Shown here piece after piece: positions 62,226-64,000 of a stretch of 64,000 nucleotides of DNA (position 1 is the first letter of the stretch; each line of letters begins with the position of its first letter). Source of the stretch: Alphaproteobacteria bacterium (GTDB taxonomy: Bacteria; Pseudomonadota; Alphaproteobacteria; UBA828); the NCBI GenBank assembly GCA_963422645.2, contig CAXXVO010000002.1, forward strand, positions 32,001-96,000. The letters are read 5' to 3'. A program made the translations under genes and the position numbers. The notes beneath the pieces are model-generated. The model saw only the letters and a program-made list of their open reading frames with translations. It did not search any database and was not told where the DNA came from.

Positions 62226-63722
62226 TCAGAATGGCGGATCGTCCCCCGCCTCATGCATTCTGTCGAGGTTGTCGAATTTGGTCAGCAACGCGTTGAAGTG
62301 GAGCTCCACCTTGCCAATCGGCCCATGGCGCTGCTTGGCGATGATGACTTCGGCCTTGTTGTGGACCTTGTCCATCTTCTCCTGCCACTCGGCATGGTCG
62401 GCGGTGCCCTCTTCCGGCTCCTTGCGCCCGAGGTAGTACTGCTCGCGGTAGATGAACATGACCACGTCCGCGTCCTGCTCGATGGAGCCCGACTCGCGCA
62501 GATCCGCGAGCTGGGGCCGCTTGTCGTCGCGTTGCTCCACGGCACGGCTGAGCTGCGCCACCGCGAGCACCGGCAGGTTGAGGTCCTTGGCGAGCGCCTT
62601 GAGTCCCTGGGTCACCTCGGAGACCTCCTGGACGCGGTTGTTGAGCCGCATGCTCGTGGTCGGGCGCAAGAGCTGCAGGTAGTCGACCACGATCATCGAG
62701 ATGCCGTGGCGGCGCTTGAGGCGGCGGGCGCGGGCGCGCAGGCCCGCGATGGTGAGCGCGGGCGAATCGTCGATGAAGAGCGGCAGCGCCTCCATTGACT
62801 GGCTCGCGCGGACGATCCTGACGAAGTCGGCGTCGCGCACCTCGCCGCGCCGGAGCTTGTCGGACGAAATTTCAGTCTGCTCGGCGAGGATCCGTGTCGC
62901 AAGCTGCTCGGCCGACATCTCGAGGGAGAAGAAAGCGGCCTTGGCGCCATCGGGCGACTGTGTGCCATCCGGCCCCTCCCCGCCGGCACTGAAGCGCGAT
63001 GCGGCGTTGAAGGCAATGTTGGTGGCAAGCGCCGTCTTTCCCATGCCGGGTCGCCCGGCCAGGATGATGAGGTCGGAGGCGTGCAAGCCGCCCAGCAGGC
63101 GGTCGAGATCGACGAAGCCGGTGGGCGCGCCGGTCAGCGGCCGGTCGCGTTTGTAGGCCTGCTCGATCATCTCAACCGCGCTGGCGAGCGGCGCGGCGAA
63201 CTGCTGCCCGCCCGGGTCGACCCGGCCCTCTTCGGCAAGCTGGTAGAGCCTGTGCTCCGCCCCCTCGATCTGCTCCGATGCCGGCTGGTCGAGCGGCCCG
63301 TCGTAGGCGTCGTTCACCACCTCCTCGCCGATGGTGACGAGAGAGCGTCGCAGCGCCAGGTCATGGATGGCTCGCCCATAGTGCTCGGCGTTGATCACCG
63401 TCACGGCGGAGCCGGCGAGCCTGGCCAAATACTGGCCGCCGCCGGCCTCCTCCAGCGCCTCGTCTCGCTCGAAATAGTGCTTGAGAGTCACGGGGTTGGC
63501 GATCTGCCCGCGCTCGACCATGCGCAAGATGGCGTCGTAGATGCGGCCATGCACCGGCAGGAAGAAATGCTCCGGCAGCAGGAAGGCGCCGACCAGGCTG
63601 GTGGCCTCGTTGTTGACGAGCAGCGCGCCGAGCAGCGCCTGTTCGGCTTCCAGGTTGCTGGGCGGCGAGCGGTAGCCCGGCGTCTCGGCCGACGCCTCTT
63701 GGAGGGGGATTCGAGTGGCCAT
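62226..63722 (-). CDS. dnaB: Replicative DNA helicase
   Basis: EAEQALLG, GRPGMGKT, FSLEM, DYLQL, QLSR, DLRESGSIEQDAD, KQRHGP. Confidence 0.98.
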   Translation of the reverse strand: MATRIPLQEASAETPGYRSPPSNLEAEQALLGALLVNNEATSLVGAFLLPEHFFLPVHGRIYDAILRMVERGQIANPVTLKHYFERDEALEEAGGGQYLARLAGSAVTVINAEHYGRAIHDLALRRSLVTIGEEVVNDAYDGPLDQPASEQIEGAEHRLYQLAEEGRVDPGGQQFAAPLASAVEMIEQAYKRDRPLTGAPTGFVDLDRLLGGLHASDLIILAGRPGMGKTALATNIAFNAASRFSAGGEGPDGTQSPDGAKAAFFSLEMSAEQLATRILAEQTEISSDKLRRGEVRDADFVRIVRASQSMEALPLFIDDSPALTIAGLRARARRLKRRHGISMIVVDYLQLLRPTTSMRLNNRVQEVSEVTQGLKALAKDLNLPVLAVAQLSRAVEQRDDKRPQLADLRESGSIEQDADVVMFIYREQYYLGRKEPEEGTADHAEWQEKMDKVHNKAEVIIAKQRHGPIGKVELHFNALLTKFDNLDRMHEAGDDPPF

Positions 63723-63799
63723 CAACGCACTATGACATGTACGTGACGGGCGGCTCTACGCAGCTCCGCCCGTGAAAATCGGGGAAATCGGGGAAATTC

Positions 63800-64000
63800 G
63801 TAACTGCCCAGGTCGTCTGATTTGTCATTTTGGGCCAGTGGATTGAGGCGTTTCTCGTTCGGAGTTGGTGGAAAGGGCTTGACGGGAATTTCGGGAAATG
63901 ACTCAACAACGACATGAGCAATCCCGAGTCGCCGCGCGGCCCTTCGACGGGAGCAGCGCCCGAAACGCCCGCGCAGAAGATCGCCCGCCTGGAGGAGGAG
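63800..64000 (+). mobile_element. IS66 element copy D, left end, running off the window
   Basis: Matches the sequence from 21427 onward. Confidence 0.93.

Noticed and set aside
63746-63799. Hairpin ACGGGCGG/CCGCCCGT and a GAAATCGGG tandem upstream of dnaB
   Set aside because: Short, with no U-tract and no assignable function.

Overview
High-GC alphaproteobacterial-type chromosome segment in two parts. Bases 1 to about 40,300 are a heavily IS-fragmented defence/accessory island. Bases about 40,400-64,000 are core genes (long M23 peptidase, MraY-type GT4, frameshifted CapD-like dehydratase, purH, PfkB kinase, mtnA, RraA-like, panE, SDR, purF, cvpA, radA, mlaF, mlaE, dnaB) with recent intergenic copies of one IS66-family element. 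The standout is a co-oriented minus-strand locus at 9,237-18,682 encoding two ubiquitin-like conjugation modules with no recognisable ubiquitin-fold protein and no CD-NTase. Module A: 64-aa acidic peptide with an internal LGG-EYS motif, E2, Phd/YefM-E2 fusion, ThiF E1 lacking a crossover-loop Cys, JAB peptidase with an extra domain, and a ComEC-like MBL disrupted by an IS1595. Module B: MBL hydrolase with a flexible ...TYG-RA tail and a frameshifted E2-E1-JAB-patatin fusion. A palindromic operator with a TGTACA core overlaps the promoter. Nearby are an AbiEi/AbiEii pair, hipBA, remnants of SIR2, McrC, a type IIG/ISP-like R-M enzyme, a caspase-like gene and a DNA methylase, and pieces of a TG-terminated DDE transposon apparently carrying primase and AAA genes. 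All calls come from motif reading only. Several frameshifts could be assembly errors.
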